Part shown: positions 10,573 through 22,439 of the stretch, in pieces
How positions within the stretch are numbered: position 1 is the stretch's first letter
Layout: each line of letters opens with the position of its first letter
From: Fistulifera solaris
Lineage: Eukaryota
Length of the DNA stretch: 64,000 nucleotides
NCBI GenBank assembly: GCA_030295235.1
Contig: AP026136.1
Coordinates: forward strand, 992,001-1,056,000
Direction of reading: 5' to 3'
The notes under the pieces: generated by a model
Database searches by the model: none
The model's input: only the letters and a program-made list of their open reading frames with translations
Told to the model about the DNA's origin: nothing
Translations under genes and position numbers: made by a program

Positions 10573-12664
10573 ATGAAGAAGTACCGACACCTCAAAGCGT
10601 TTCACGGAGCGTACGGGCACTGTAATCTTCCCAACTCGCATGAAAACGAAGGACTATCGTCATGGATTGCCGACCAACGATCTTCTTATCGTTCGGGTAC
10701 GCTGCGCAGGGATCACCAAGAACTCTTGCATGCAATGGGTTTTGTTTGGAGTCCATCAGGCACCGAACCTAGCGATAAAGGGGAAAGGACTGCTGATTCG
10801 CGCTGGATGGAACGATACAACCGACTCGTTGCGTATAAAACGAAGAACGGCCACATTAAGGTGAAAGCTTCCGAGGACAAAGACCTAAACACTTGGATAT
10901 ACAACCAAAGAGCTTCATATCACGCTGGTACTCTTCGAAAAGATCGAAAACAACTTCTTAGTGAGCTTGAGTTCGTTTGGAATACATCCAAGAAGGTGCC
11001 CCATTCAACAAAGGTGCCCAAGGTCCAGCCGACAATGTGGATGGAATACTACACGCGACTTTTGGCCTTTCACCGAAAGCATGGGCATTTGATAGTCACG
11101 ACTAAAGATGACAAGGGGCTAAATAAGTGGATATTCAGACAACGATTGTTTCAGAACTTTGGTACTTTGCGTCGCGACCGAAAAGAGCTATTAGATCAGA
11201 TAGGATTTGATTGGGTCCCACAGAAAGGTTCGAGCACCAAGTCAGGCTTGCCCTCAATTGCTGATCACATGGATTCTAACCTATCGTCAAAGCTAGCTCG
11301 CGGTGTCGAGACTCAAAGCGCGAGAATCGATGACAGGGTCTGGAACGCCAACTTACAGCTTCTTTCCGATTACAAGGAGCGACATGGTCATACCGATGTA
11401 CCCCGGAGGGGAAAGACGAAAGAGCTAGGCCAGTGGCTATTCGTACAGTGCTCTCTCATCGAACGGCGTAAACTTGCAGAAGATAAAGCCACGAGGTTGC
11501 TTGATCTGCTGAAAGTGGATACTGTTGTAGAACCACGATCAATGAATCGACCACCGGCAGATGAAGCACCAGGAGGCAGCGCCAAGTCGTCGAATTCAAC
11601 CATCTCATGGACACACGAGAGCGAGACATTGGAGATCATTCAAAAATTTCCCGTTGGGACCCGGATTGAGAAACAATTTGAGGTAGAAGGCAAATTTGAG
11701 TCCTTCGGTGGAGCTGTCGTATCCTTCGACCACTTCGAGGATGATGAAGGTAGTCGTTTTTGGGGATATATGATTCACTACGACGACGGCGATAAGGAGC
11801 ATATGCTCGAAGCGGACGTAGCCAAACATGCTGATGAAACGAAACGCAAAAAGAGGGGCCGGCCGAAAAAGATGATACGAAGGAAGCAACCATAGCCAAG
11901 CCCCTTGCTGTCGATGAAGCGGAACGCAAAGGAGAAGCCGTCGAAGCAACGGCGATCCGAAATCAACTGAACGACAGAAGAAGGAGGAGCTTTTGAAAGG
12001 AGAATCCTGTGCGACAACTTATAAGGAGAGAAAGGCGAAAGCGGTGTCAGTTGTAGTGGCTACTGGTGCGTCGGAAAAGAAAGAGTCTAGTGCCCACGCG
12101 GAGAAAAAAAGAGACAGCAAACCAATCTTCTATGCCTGCTGAAACAAATGACGAAGTCAGTACTATATTGCAGCAACGATCGAAGCGAAAAGTCACACTA
12201 GACGACTTTGATCACAATAACCAAGTCGAGGACTTCGTTGAAGGAGGTGCAGTAATTCAGGTATCAACAGAAAACCGAATATGAATTCCGAGTCGTTGAA
12301 TAAACGACGTCAGAATCAAACAGAAGTGGAGAATAAGGAAAAGAGTTTCGATGAAGTAGATCACGAGGATGAGCGTCTGGCTAGTGTGGTGTCTCCAGTC
12401 ACTTCCTCGGCACAAGCTATAGGTCCCAAGTCGTCTACCGTATGCTATCCGAACCAAAAATTTGCAATCGGCACGCCTATTGTCAGAACGTTCTTTGACA
12501 TGAGTGATAATGAAGAAGAAAAGGCATATTCTGGTAAAGTCGCCGAATATGTTTACGTCGTCGAGGAGAAGCTTGGTTTGTACTTTGTGCAGTATGACGA
12601 CGGGGATACAGAGTTTTTGGAAGAATGGGAAGTTGCCAAATTCTCTTCTTCGCTAAGCATGTAA
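10573..12664 (+). CDS. Helicase-associated (HA) domain x4 + Tudor-like + AT-hook + second Tudor-like protein (tail frameshifted as assembled)
   Basis: Four W..Y..L..(Y/F)...GH...L..W...QR..L..LGF.W type repeats in 10573-11895. Tudor-like units FPVGTRIEKQF..G.V..Y.I.YDDGD.E and FAIGTPIVRTF..GKV..Y.VQYDDGDTE (12281-12664). KKRGRPKK. Joining the two ORFs needs about 4 frame corrections, so a single gene is inferred. Confidence 0.7.
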
Positions 12665-12869
12665 CCACACTATCAAGAGTCAGCCCTATTCTACTGTCAC
12701 ATTCAGTCATTATTTTTATTTTTTTTTGATCGACCCTTCATCAGTTTGTTACCCCACAGGAATTAGCAAAACTTTTCGATCAAAAACTTTAGCAGAGACA
12801 GCGTAAATAAGTAGGTTCTACTCTAGCTTCGGATTCGTAATCAAATAACCAACGCAAGCATATTGCGAT

Positions 12870-13889
12870 TTAACCGAAAACACCCGTCAAAAGAAAGACA
12901 TCGAGAAGCAAGCAGACAAAAACCATAAACACAAAAACATGGAAAGCACGCAAATTTCGTTTCCCGATAGCAGTTCCTGTCCAAGGACACCTAATGAAGG
13001 AAGCCACCGTCAAAATTAGATATCAAGCAGATCCGATTCAGTCTATCAACCTTTCAGGACTTACGTATGGTCGAAATCTTCCACTACCACCGCCGTGTCG
13101 GGATCGTAATACGCTCCAGGAGGACGATACGTCTGAGCTTGATCTGACCACCGCCATGTACTATCCGGCAACGTTGCTTGTCTCCGTAAGATTCCAGGGT
13201 CACGACAACCCGTAAATGCAAGGGAAACGACGAGAGCGATAGTACAAGTTAACCAAAGAGCTTTCAAGCCTGACGCCACAGGAAGAAAAAAAGAAATCCA
13301 TGAGAACGACTCTATCCCCGAACCACAATCAGTTTCATCAGCACAAACAGAGACCTACCAAGCGACTTAGGCGCTCCATTCTTAATACCACCCCAGAATG
13401 CCCATATTGTGACCACCAAAATAAGTGGATAGGTCACAAACACCAACATTGGCCAATAAGGACCAACAACAATATCTAATGACGTCCTTGAAAGTTTGCG
13501 TTTCTCTAGAATGCCCGTCTCCTCATCCAACACCTCTTCTTCTACCCAATGTTGTGATTGCCGAAGAACTGCCATATTTCCAACTCGACCAGCTCCCAGC
13601 AAAGGGCAAACCTTTGCCGAACAACACAAGCAACCGGAATGATCGGGTTCTATATCAGAGTCACCGTACGCGTCCGTTGTTTTCAAAGGACGACTTCGTT
13701 CATCCATCCAGCTCGATTCTGTGAGACCTACAGCAAAGGGGGACGCTTTCCATAGTTTTACACGAAGATTATGCTTTTCCTTTTACATTCTTCTTCGAGA
13801 GAGAGCGGCGCCAGTTCCGACGACTCGTTCTCGTTGGTCTCATCCTCTTGCAAGTGAGGCTTCGATACCGGAGCGCGACGATGAGCCAT
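12870..13889 (-). CDS. DHHC-like palmitoyltransferase homolog with DHTC motif (paralog 2)
   Basis: ATG at 13889, one frameshift near 13780, introns 13270-13358 and 12991-13064. Motifs: GCLCCS..GRVGNM, GPYWP, RDPG, RPPGAYYDPDTAVVVEDFDHT|CPWTGTAIGKRN. Stop at 12870-12872. Confidence 0.82.
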
Positions 13890-14579
13890 TTTATACGCCA
13901 CTGACAATTCTGAGAAGAGGAGTAATGATCTGTTGAGAAGAATAAGAAAGGAAGTGAGATCTATTCATTCCTACGATTTTTCGCTCCAAAAAAAATGAAA
14001 AATGCGGACGACTATTATTTCCAATTTCCAAGACTAAAAATTTGCCTCAGTCGGGAGTTTGGGAGACGTAAAACCAACAAATTTGGTCAATGGTAAAGAA
14101 AAGCTGAGTTCCTTGTCTTTCAGCCCGTTAAATTATTCATCTACTCTTAGATTCTAATGATGGACATCAAAATAGGCAGTTCACACCCGAATCAGACTTG
14201 TCATCGTCGAAACTTGTCCCGGATACATACCTAGATTTTACTATTCCTAGAAGTGTACTCTTGACTCTTCTCCACGACTGCTTTTCAGTCATGGAAGACG
14301 ATCATCGATGTATTCGTACGAAAATTCTAGACTAAAGTTGTGTTCATTACGACTATCTTTCGATAAATCCAGTCAATAAAGTATACGTAGCTACCTTGCG
14401 GGATAAGTAATACACAACTGAATTAGATTCTTTTTTCGATGAAACTCGGCCCGGATGCTTCCGACACAGACCAAAAATTACTCTCTTCACGACACCATGA
14501 ACTGCTTCAACAAAAAAGCCGCTTCAAAATTAGGTGTTACACTCCCCGTGCGACCAAAACGATTAAAAGACGGCTTCTC

Positions 14580-16687
14580 TTAGTTCACGGCAGTAGCCTC
14601 GGGAATTGATGTGATAATGCCCACACCGCGGACACGTCCATCGCGGAATAACATGCGCATTCCTGGTCGTACGTACTCGGGACGTTGCGCAAACTCAAAA
14701 CGAACTTTCGCACGACTTCCGGGGCGTAACACAATGTGATTTTCCTCGTTGGATGCATAATGGCTTCGAGTCACTCCGCCGATGCTGTTATTCACGATCT
14801 CGATGCTTTTTGCAAAGGCGCTTTGTCTGACGTTCAGAATGTGAACGTACGCTTGATACGACCTTCGAATCGTTGTACCTTCTCCTTTCAACACACAGAT
14901 TTCGGCATCGAATTCACGTGTAGAAAACGGGTCCTCTTTAACACGACCATTCCACGACGTAGTTTCTTACGCATCTCTTTGTTTAACGCGAAAGCAAGAC
15001 ACGCCGATTGACCTGCGGTGATGTGTGTCGTATTAATGCGAGCAATTTGTGCAGATTTGGCAACAGTCTTCATGAAACTTCCGTCATCGGTAGGCCCCAC
15101 ATACACATTACAGTTCGACCCAACATGCAATTCACCCGCATTCACAAATCCAGAAACAACAGGACCTACACCAGGAACGTTGAAAATATCTTCCGCCAAA
15201 AACTCGAACTTGCGATTGATTTTGTTCTCGTGCTTACGTCGCTTAGGTAACGAAAAGAGCATTTTCTGCAACAACGTAATGCCCTGGCCAGTGACGCAAG
15301 AAGTCTCAAACATCGGCGCAAGGGTGTGGAGTTTGTCCATCACTGTAACTATATCTTCTTCATTCCGAATCTTGAACGGCTTTTTCCCAATCTCCGGCGA
15401 CCGCAGCATTTTTGTTACCTCTTTCCGACATGTTTCATATGCGTGTTCGGGACAACCATCAATCTTGGTGAAAACAACGATAACTGGAATACCGAAACTA
15501 CAACATAAATTCAAATGTTGCTGCGTCATGTGCGTGGGTGGCTGTCTAGCATTCACCATGATCAAAGCGTAATCCGCAAAACCCGAGGACACACCATGAA
15601 TGCTGCATCATGATGATCAGCGTCAGTCACACAAAAACACGGCTATACGCTCTACAGTTCACTTCGCATCTCGACTTACGTTGTCTTCAAGTATTTCTCG
15701 TGCCCTGCAAGGTCCATAAGTGTCACAGTCTTATACGATTCACGAGCCACTTCGTCTTCACTTTTTCGCTTGGCTCGTACCGCATCACGTCCCGTGACAG
15801 GTTCTCCAGTAGAACGAAATCCTAACAAATGTGTCGTGGCTGTCGAAGTGCGACCACTTTCAATTTCGTGCCGATGTTTCATAATGGCGGTTCGACTCTT
15901 TCCACGACCGTCATCCAATGCTGCTGTAATCAAAGTACCAATGAGAGTCGATTTCCCCGCATCGACATTTCCTACTACGGCCACTCGTATGTTGCGCGCC
16001 GACAACGTCTCTCCAATACTGAACGATTCGTCGTTGCTGGCCTCCATGGTACCATTCCCTTGCGATGCGTTCGCCAATTCCGCCACTGATTTCGGCGAAG
16101 GATCCAGAAGATGTGTTTCGACGCGATGAATCGACAGTTCTCCTCGTGTCATGACACCCGGCTCTTTACATAGCATGGGATCTTCTTTGACGACAACTTT
16201 GTTGCCCGCCGCATCCCCAAAGATGGGTGCTTCGTACACCCGAATGGGCTTTCCGTCCGGTGCAATTCCCAGTTCCCCATTCCGCTCCACGACTTCATTT
16301 TGTATCATGATTCGTTCAACCACAATGGCATTGAGTGATCGAGCGATGCACTCAAGAACCCGCGCCGATTCGGCGACCGATGGATAGTCGAGCAGACTGT
16401 GACAACCATCATCTTCGACTCCGATATAATAACGACAGGATCCGCCTCCTTCGTCCATGCGAAAAGACATTTGCGTGGCTAATGAACGTAGTCGAGCCGT
16501 ATTGGCTTGATTGACTTGTCGCTTGTATTCGACGGGTCCTTTCTGTAATACTGAATGAGGAACGGACGACGAAGGAAATGAATCTTGCACTCTGCACCTT
16601 CCTTACCTGTTGTTCCGGCGGTACGACAGGAATCGACCGCCGCATATCATCTCTTGGTACCGATTGTTTATTATTATTTAGTGTCAT
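14580..16687 (-). CDS. GTP-binding protein 1/2 (translational GTPase, GTPBP1/GTPBP2 family)
   Basis: PPEQQ|KGPVEYK N-terminus, GNVDAGKST, RHEIESGRTS, DLAGHEKYLKTT, TKID and C-terminal beta barrels. Introns 16543-16606 and 15603-15679. One missing A near 14938. Confidence 0.92.
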
Positions 16688-17387
16688 CTTATCGATAGGG
16701 TACCCACACTTCGAGGAAGTGTTGGGCCTTCTACTTTTCTTGTACCTTGATGTTGATGTTGATGTTGATTCGGTATGTCGTTGTTGATACAGCGTACAGC
16801 GACACTATAATTCTTTCGTAGATTTTTGTACCGGTACCAGGTAACGCGACGCGGGTGCGGGGTTGGCGTTTCGAGATGTTGCGGCGATTTCTCCCGCGCT
16901 GACGAGATGGGTCATGGATCATGGATCAAGTTCGATCTTTAGACGGGACTGCATTAGTTTCCATTCCCGAACGAATGAATCCGAACACGCGGATACGCAC
17001 ACGTCAACGCAACGTCACCCATGCATTGGTCCGTCGGTTTCGGCGAGAGGAGGAGGTAGTCGTTGCTCTGGTCAAGCTCGTTTTGTCCTATCTTTACGAT
17101 ACCGCTCAGACGTTTTATACGTAGGGTCGCCGATGACGTACGAAAGCACTGGCGATTGCACTGTATCTTTCTATACAGTCCCCTGTCCCCTTGCTGCTGC
17201 TGGCGGCGACCACGCGCACGTCTTTTGTAGCGTGCATGAAGCACGACACCCATTTTTAACTTGAAAAAAAAAAGCGTTCACCCCTATTATTAGAACCTAT
17301 CCTATACTTGTGTGACTTGTGAATCACTATTCATTCTGTTAGCGATCTCACAAACACGTGCCGCTGAAAGCCCCCATAATCATTATC

Positions 17388-18482
17388 ATGTTGTTCCGAT
17401 CGACACCAGCATTTCTTAGCGTCCTGTTGCTTGCGCCTTCGGCGACCGCCTTTACCATCCATCAGGCATCCAAATCAACGTTCTCTCGATCGGGAAGACT
17501 GACGGCAAAGGACGATAAAGCCGAATCATTTTTCACCGAAGAGAAAGAAGAAGAAAAATCAAAATTCATTACATCGGTCTTTAATAAAGAACTCGCGTTT
17601 GATCAAAAGTCGGGACGTTTTTTCGAGACGGGTTTTGGCGAAGGTGACTGCATTCCCGACGAAGAGTTTTGTATGGTCGATGACGCATCCGGAACTCCCG
17701 TTCGATTGACCGTAGAAGAGAAGGAACGAATCTTCTTGGATGCCCTTCAGGTGAGTCACAACGTGTCGTCATTCGGTTATTTGTTGAATTCTTGCCCATC
17801 CATCGCTCACGTGACTTGTATCCTCAACTACCGATAGTCGTACTATGTGTCAGGTCGACAAATGTTGTCGGATGCGGATTTCGACAGATTGAAAGAAGAT
17901 TTAGAATGGAACGGATCGCCTTTGGTGGCAATGAATCAAAAGGAAGTCCGATACATGACAGCCATGCAAGAATACATGAAGGGAACGCCCGTCATGAGTG
18001 ATGCCGAGTTCGATAAGCTGAAGCAGGAATTGAAAGAAGAAGGATCGCAGTTTGCTGTAGACACGGAACCAAAATGCTACATTGATACGGGTATATGCAA
18101 AGTGACGTTCCAACAAGACAAATTCCGAAACAATCTTCTCTACTTACCGGCTGGATTAATCTTGTTTTTGGCCTGGCTGTTTTTCAGCTACGAACTCATC
18201 AACCCTCTCATTGCTATCAACCCTGTCATCCTTGCGACGGTCGGATTGCCTTTTATCTACAGCGGTTCCAAGGCCGTTACAGAAAACCTCATCTTTGTCG
18301 ACAACAAGGTCCTCTACGGACCATGCCCGAACTGCAGTTTCGAGAATCGAGTCTACTTTGGCAACATCTTGGGCGTAGAGGGATTTACCGACGTAGCGAA
18401 ATGCAAGTGCCCCAATTGCAAGACAGAGTTTAGTCTGCTGAAAAATACCATGCGAGCGAGCACTATAGTACCTAAAGCTTAA
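17388..18482 (+). CDS. PGRL1: PGR5-like protein 1, plastid-targeted
   Basis: Signal peptide ending ATA-FT (ASAFAP-like), EKERIFLDALQ|SYYVSGRQMLSDADFDRLKEDLEWNGS, two TMs, GPCPNC and CPNC. Intron 17751-17837. Confidence 0.9.
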
Positions 18483-18793
18483 GAACAATATCCTTCACTT
18501 CGCGATTCATACGAATTGCAAGCTGCGACAATAGCGGACGAACGAAATAAATTGTCAATAAAAAGAAAAGAAACATTATATCATTTCTTGTCGTACACAA
18601 TCTCTAGACTAGAGCCGTAACATGAATCTTGGGCGGTTTGTCGTCGCCCAAGCTAGCTATTACAGTGACGAAGAAAACACGAACACCGGCACAAACAGAC
18701 GCAAAATAATAGAGAGGACTGCAGATAATATTTATTCTACAGCAATACGATACCCGAGGAGCGCCAAATGACACATCATTGTGATTCAAAACC

Positions 18794-19775
18794 TTACGTA
18801 TAAACCACAAGAAGGAGTAGCAACAACATGATTCCAAACAGTACCATAATCGTATAAAGTTCGCCGTTGTTCTTCGTTTGCAAAAACTTGGATAATTTTC
18901 CCATAACAAGTCCTAATTGTTGTTCCGCTTCATCGAGATCCGACTCCATTTCTGTCAACATTTTCTTTTGTTGCCCAATTTCATCATGAATACCATCGGC
19001 CATGCGTCCCACTCGCGTCACGGCGGCATCCAATTCATCCAAAGTCTCATCCTGATGTTGCATTAACAAAGAGGTCCGCGCCTGGGAATCCAAAATGCGC
19101 GTCGTATTTTCTCGTTGCGCCTCATTGGTCGCACCCAAATCCCCCGCCCGCCGCACCGCCTTGGCGCGTTCGTCCTGGAGCAGCTTGGCCTTGACGACTT
19201 CGGACGCACTCTCCTGTTTCGCTCGTTGGATGCGTCCCGCACTCGTCTCACACAATGTCCGCCGTTCGTACAGTTCGGAATCATGAATGTGAGGAAACTT
19301 GTCGCGATCCTTGTCGACTAATTGTACGGTCATTTGCACGTCTTTCAAGGTCGCTTCCGCATTTTTCAAATGTCGTTTCAGTGTTTTCTTGGAGCTTTTC
19401 ATTTCATGTGTATTGACGGATGTATCCTACGAGTCAATGAGAAAACGAAACGAAAAAAAAACGAAAAAGACTCACGCCGAGGCGAACACGACGTACCGTT
19501 TGATGTACTACGCGCAAAAACTCGGCCAGTGCTTCGTCGACCAACTCCAGTTGCTGCATTAAATCGGCGCGAAATACAAAATACGGATCTTCCGGTGAGT
19601 CATTGTGATCTATTCCTGCCGTCAGAGGTTCCGATAGATGATCGTGGGAACGTCTACGAAACGATGCACCCGATGCTACCGACGCGGCCGCGGAACGAAG
19701 AGTGCTTTGTCGGAAAGAAGAAGAAGAATCATAATTGGTTTTGCCATTGTTTCCGTTCAGTGATTCGTACGACAT
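18794..19775 (-). CDS. Syntaxin-6/SYP61-like Qc-SNARE
   Basis: EDPYFVFR N-terminal domain, DSELYERR, SNARE motif QHQDETLDEL..IHDEIGQQ, C-terminal TM. Intron 19427-19496. Confidence 0.9.
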
Positions 19776-20107
19776 TGTTACAAAGAAAAAGATCGATCAG
19801 TTGCTTCACAAGACGAGGAATATGTTCGAGGAAGGGTTTTGCAGCAAAATCCAGTGACAACTCTTATTAGTAATAGAGGCCTTCATTATTATTTTTGTGT
19901 TTGGGTGTGTTGCATTTTTGGGCGTTGGTGTGTCAAAAAAAGGTCGCCTACTTTTTGGTGGCAGTGGTTCGGAAGCAATAATAACAAAAACGTGTATTGT
20001 GTCTATTTTGTCATATCGGTTCACAAGATGCATTGCAACGCAAAGAACAGAGTCCATTTTCCGTTGACACGATCGAAGAGACTCACATAATAATATAACA
20101 AAAGACC

Positions 20108-20921
20108 ATGATATCTACCAACAGCGACCAAATCATCAATGAATGGAACCGCGTCGTCGCTGGCATTGAAGAAGGCAGTGAAGTGGCGTCACTGGACGAA
20201 AGTATCCAAGAAAACGACGAGATTGCCCGCCATTGGCGGGCGTCACCCTTGCCGTGGGAAAATCCAAAATCACTTGGGCCGACGAAGATGTTGGTTGTAC
20301 AACGTGCTGTCGTTCATGTTTCACCGGAAAGAAGAGTGTTGTGTTACAATTTAGTGGTCTCATTTGTGGAAAATTACCCGTGGGTCGCGTCGGGAATTTG
20401 ATTGTTTTGAAACAAAGTACCGAAGCCGTTCTAGATGACGAGCAACAAAAATAGGTGAACGACCACGACTTCAATGCGTGTTGGGTCCCTATTGGCCCAT
20501 GATGGCTTTTATTACAATACCTGGTCTGGTTTTGTTTTCGTTTTCAACTTGTTACATGCATCAATTATGGAACAATACCTGGCAGTTTGTTATACTATTG
20601 TTGGTCAATCTCATTGCCATCGTTTCACTGCTCATGACGGCTTGTTCCGATCCGGGAGTCTTGTATCGACACACAGAACTACCCCCGGGTCACACGACCG
20701 AGTCAACCAATTGGATTTGGAGTGATCAAGCCTTGACCTATCGACCACCGGATGCACGATTTGATCCAGAGACGGGTGTGGTAGTGGCCGACTTTGATCA
20801 TACTTGCCCATGGACCGGAACCGCAATCGGAGAAAACAATATTCTGTGGTTTCGTTTCTTTGTTCCCTTTGCCTTTATCTCGTTGATTACGAATATGGTC
20901 ATTCTCGTTTGGCCTGATTGA
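20108..20921 (+). CDS. DHHC-like palmitoyltransferase homolog with DHTC motif (paralog 3, intronless, two frameshifts as assembled)
   Basis: WRASP(F)AVG, GRVGNLIVLK, GPYWP, SDPG, RPPDARFDPETGVVVADFDHTCPWTGTAIGENN. Frames join by adding a T near 20249 and an A near 20450. Confidence 0.82.
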
Positions 20922-21252
20922 TTCAAACAGAGCTTTGGTGAATATAACAACACAACTGTTCAATTTTGAGTAGACAAAAAAAACAGAGCAGTAGCGGTGG
21001 CCGTTGTACGTACTTAGAGAGCTTGACATTGTTTCACCTCCAGCCCTTTAACAGGAATAGTTCTAAGGAATAATAGAGCTGTCAAACAAGACTTTGATTT
21101 GGAGTGCGTCTCCCAGTCGTGAGCCAACATTTTCAGTCACGAACGTCATGGCGATGCAACTGATGAACATGTTTTGTCGATCATGAGATGATCTTGGGAT
21201 GTTGTCATTTTCTACACCAAGAAGAAGAAACCGTTTAGCATACACAACAAGA

Positions 21253-21996
21253 ATGACAAAACGAATTGCGGTCATTTTCGATTATGATTTCACTTTGATC
21301 GATTGCAATTCGGACACGTACGTCTTTGAACGATTATGGCCGTCGCGCCCCGCCATCGTTCAGGAATTGTATGCCGAACAATTCCAGCAGTGGACGCGTT
21401 CGATGGATCAAGCCTTTGCTTTGTATTATCAACATCATCCGAAAAACGCGAGTCGTCAAACGATTCTTTCCACCGTTGCACATGTTCCGGTGCAAGAACA
21501 AATGCTGGAGGCCATTCGTTACTCCCACGCCTTGGCGGATCTCTTTATCGTTTCGGATGCGAATACGGATTTTATTCACGCGTTTTTGGAAAAAGAAGGA
21601 ATCCAACACCTCTTTACGCATGTCATTAGCAACACACCCACAAATACAGATGGTCGGTTCGGTGTGGCGCCGTATTTTGATTTTGTGACACGAGAGCCTC
21701 ACGGCTGCTCGTTGCAGTGCCCACCGAACATGTGCAAAGGCAAAATCGTACAAGATGAACTACAAATACTGCAAACGTACGAACGGGTCATTTACTTGGG
21801 AGACGGCCTGGGAGATTTTTGTCCGTGTCATCGACTGCGGGAGACGGACTATGCCTTGGCCCGAGCGGATTTTCCGCTGGCCAAGCATATACAAGAGAAT
21901 CCCATTGTCGCGAACGTTCGCTTATGGAAGTCGGGACATGATGTTTATCAGCTACTAGCGACTCTCTTGAAAGAAAATGAGTCAAAGGCTTCTTGA
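21253..21996 (+). CDS. PHOSPHO1/PHOSPHO2-like HAD phosphatase (pyridoxal-phosphate/phosphocholine type)
   Basis: FDYDFTLIDCNSD, IVSDANTDFI, CPPNMCKG, IYLGDGLGDFCP. Confidence 0.92.
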   Translation: MTKRIAVIFDYDFTLIDCNSDTYVFERLWPSRPAIVQELYAEQFQQWTRSMDQAFALYYQHHPKNASRQTILSTVAHVPVQEQMLEAIRYSHALADLFIVSDANTDFIHAFLEKEGIQHLFTHVISNTPTNTDGRFGVAPYFDFVTREPHGCSLQCPPNMCKGKIVQDELQILQTYERVIYLGDGLGDFCPCHRLRETDYALARADFPLAKHIQENPIVANVRLWKSGHDVYQLLATLLKENESKAS

Positions 21997-22439
21997 AATG
22001 ACTAATGCATTGCGTTAGATCGTGAATGTACATGTGGCAGCTCTTGATGATGAGCTTGGCAACACAGATACTACAAGGAATAGTTCCACCAAGACCGCTC
22101 TTGGAAGAAATGTTTTGCTGTAGAATGCTGTTATTCTTTCGACAAGAGACAATCTAATGAGAAAAGTCACCCTTGGAATGTTATCTGCTAAGGTTGTTGC
22201 AACGCATTTCACGGCGGAGAAGACCATAGAGTGCTATCATGGTGGACGTCGATTGTACTTCGGCTTTTGCTCAACTGCGCTTGTAAATATTGCCAGAAAA
22301 TTAACGTTTTTATGTGCAGCTTGATATTTCGAAGAATGTCATAATTCTTTTAGCAAAGATCGAGAGATGGGATTACGCCACTTAACAGTCAAAAAACTAA
22401 TACTAGGCACATAATGACAATCGAATCAAATCAAAACTG

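Noticed and set aside
14061..14085. GGGAGACGTAAAACCAACAAATTTG resembles the TIR start plus the transposon flank
   Set aside because: Short patchwork matches in mixed orientation with no partner TIR or TSD. Likely chance.
17840..18050. Internal duplication SDADFDRLKEDL / SDAEFDKLKQEL in PGRL1
   Set aside because: As far as I recall this is an ordinary feature of PGRL1-family proteins, so it is not claimed as novel.
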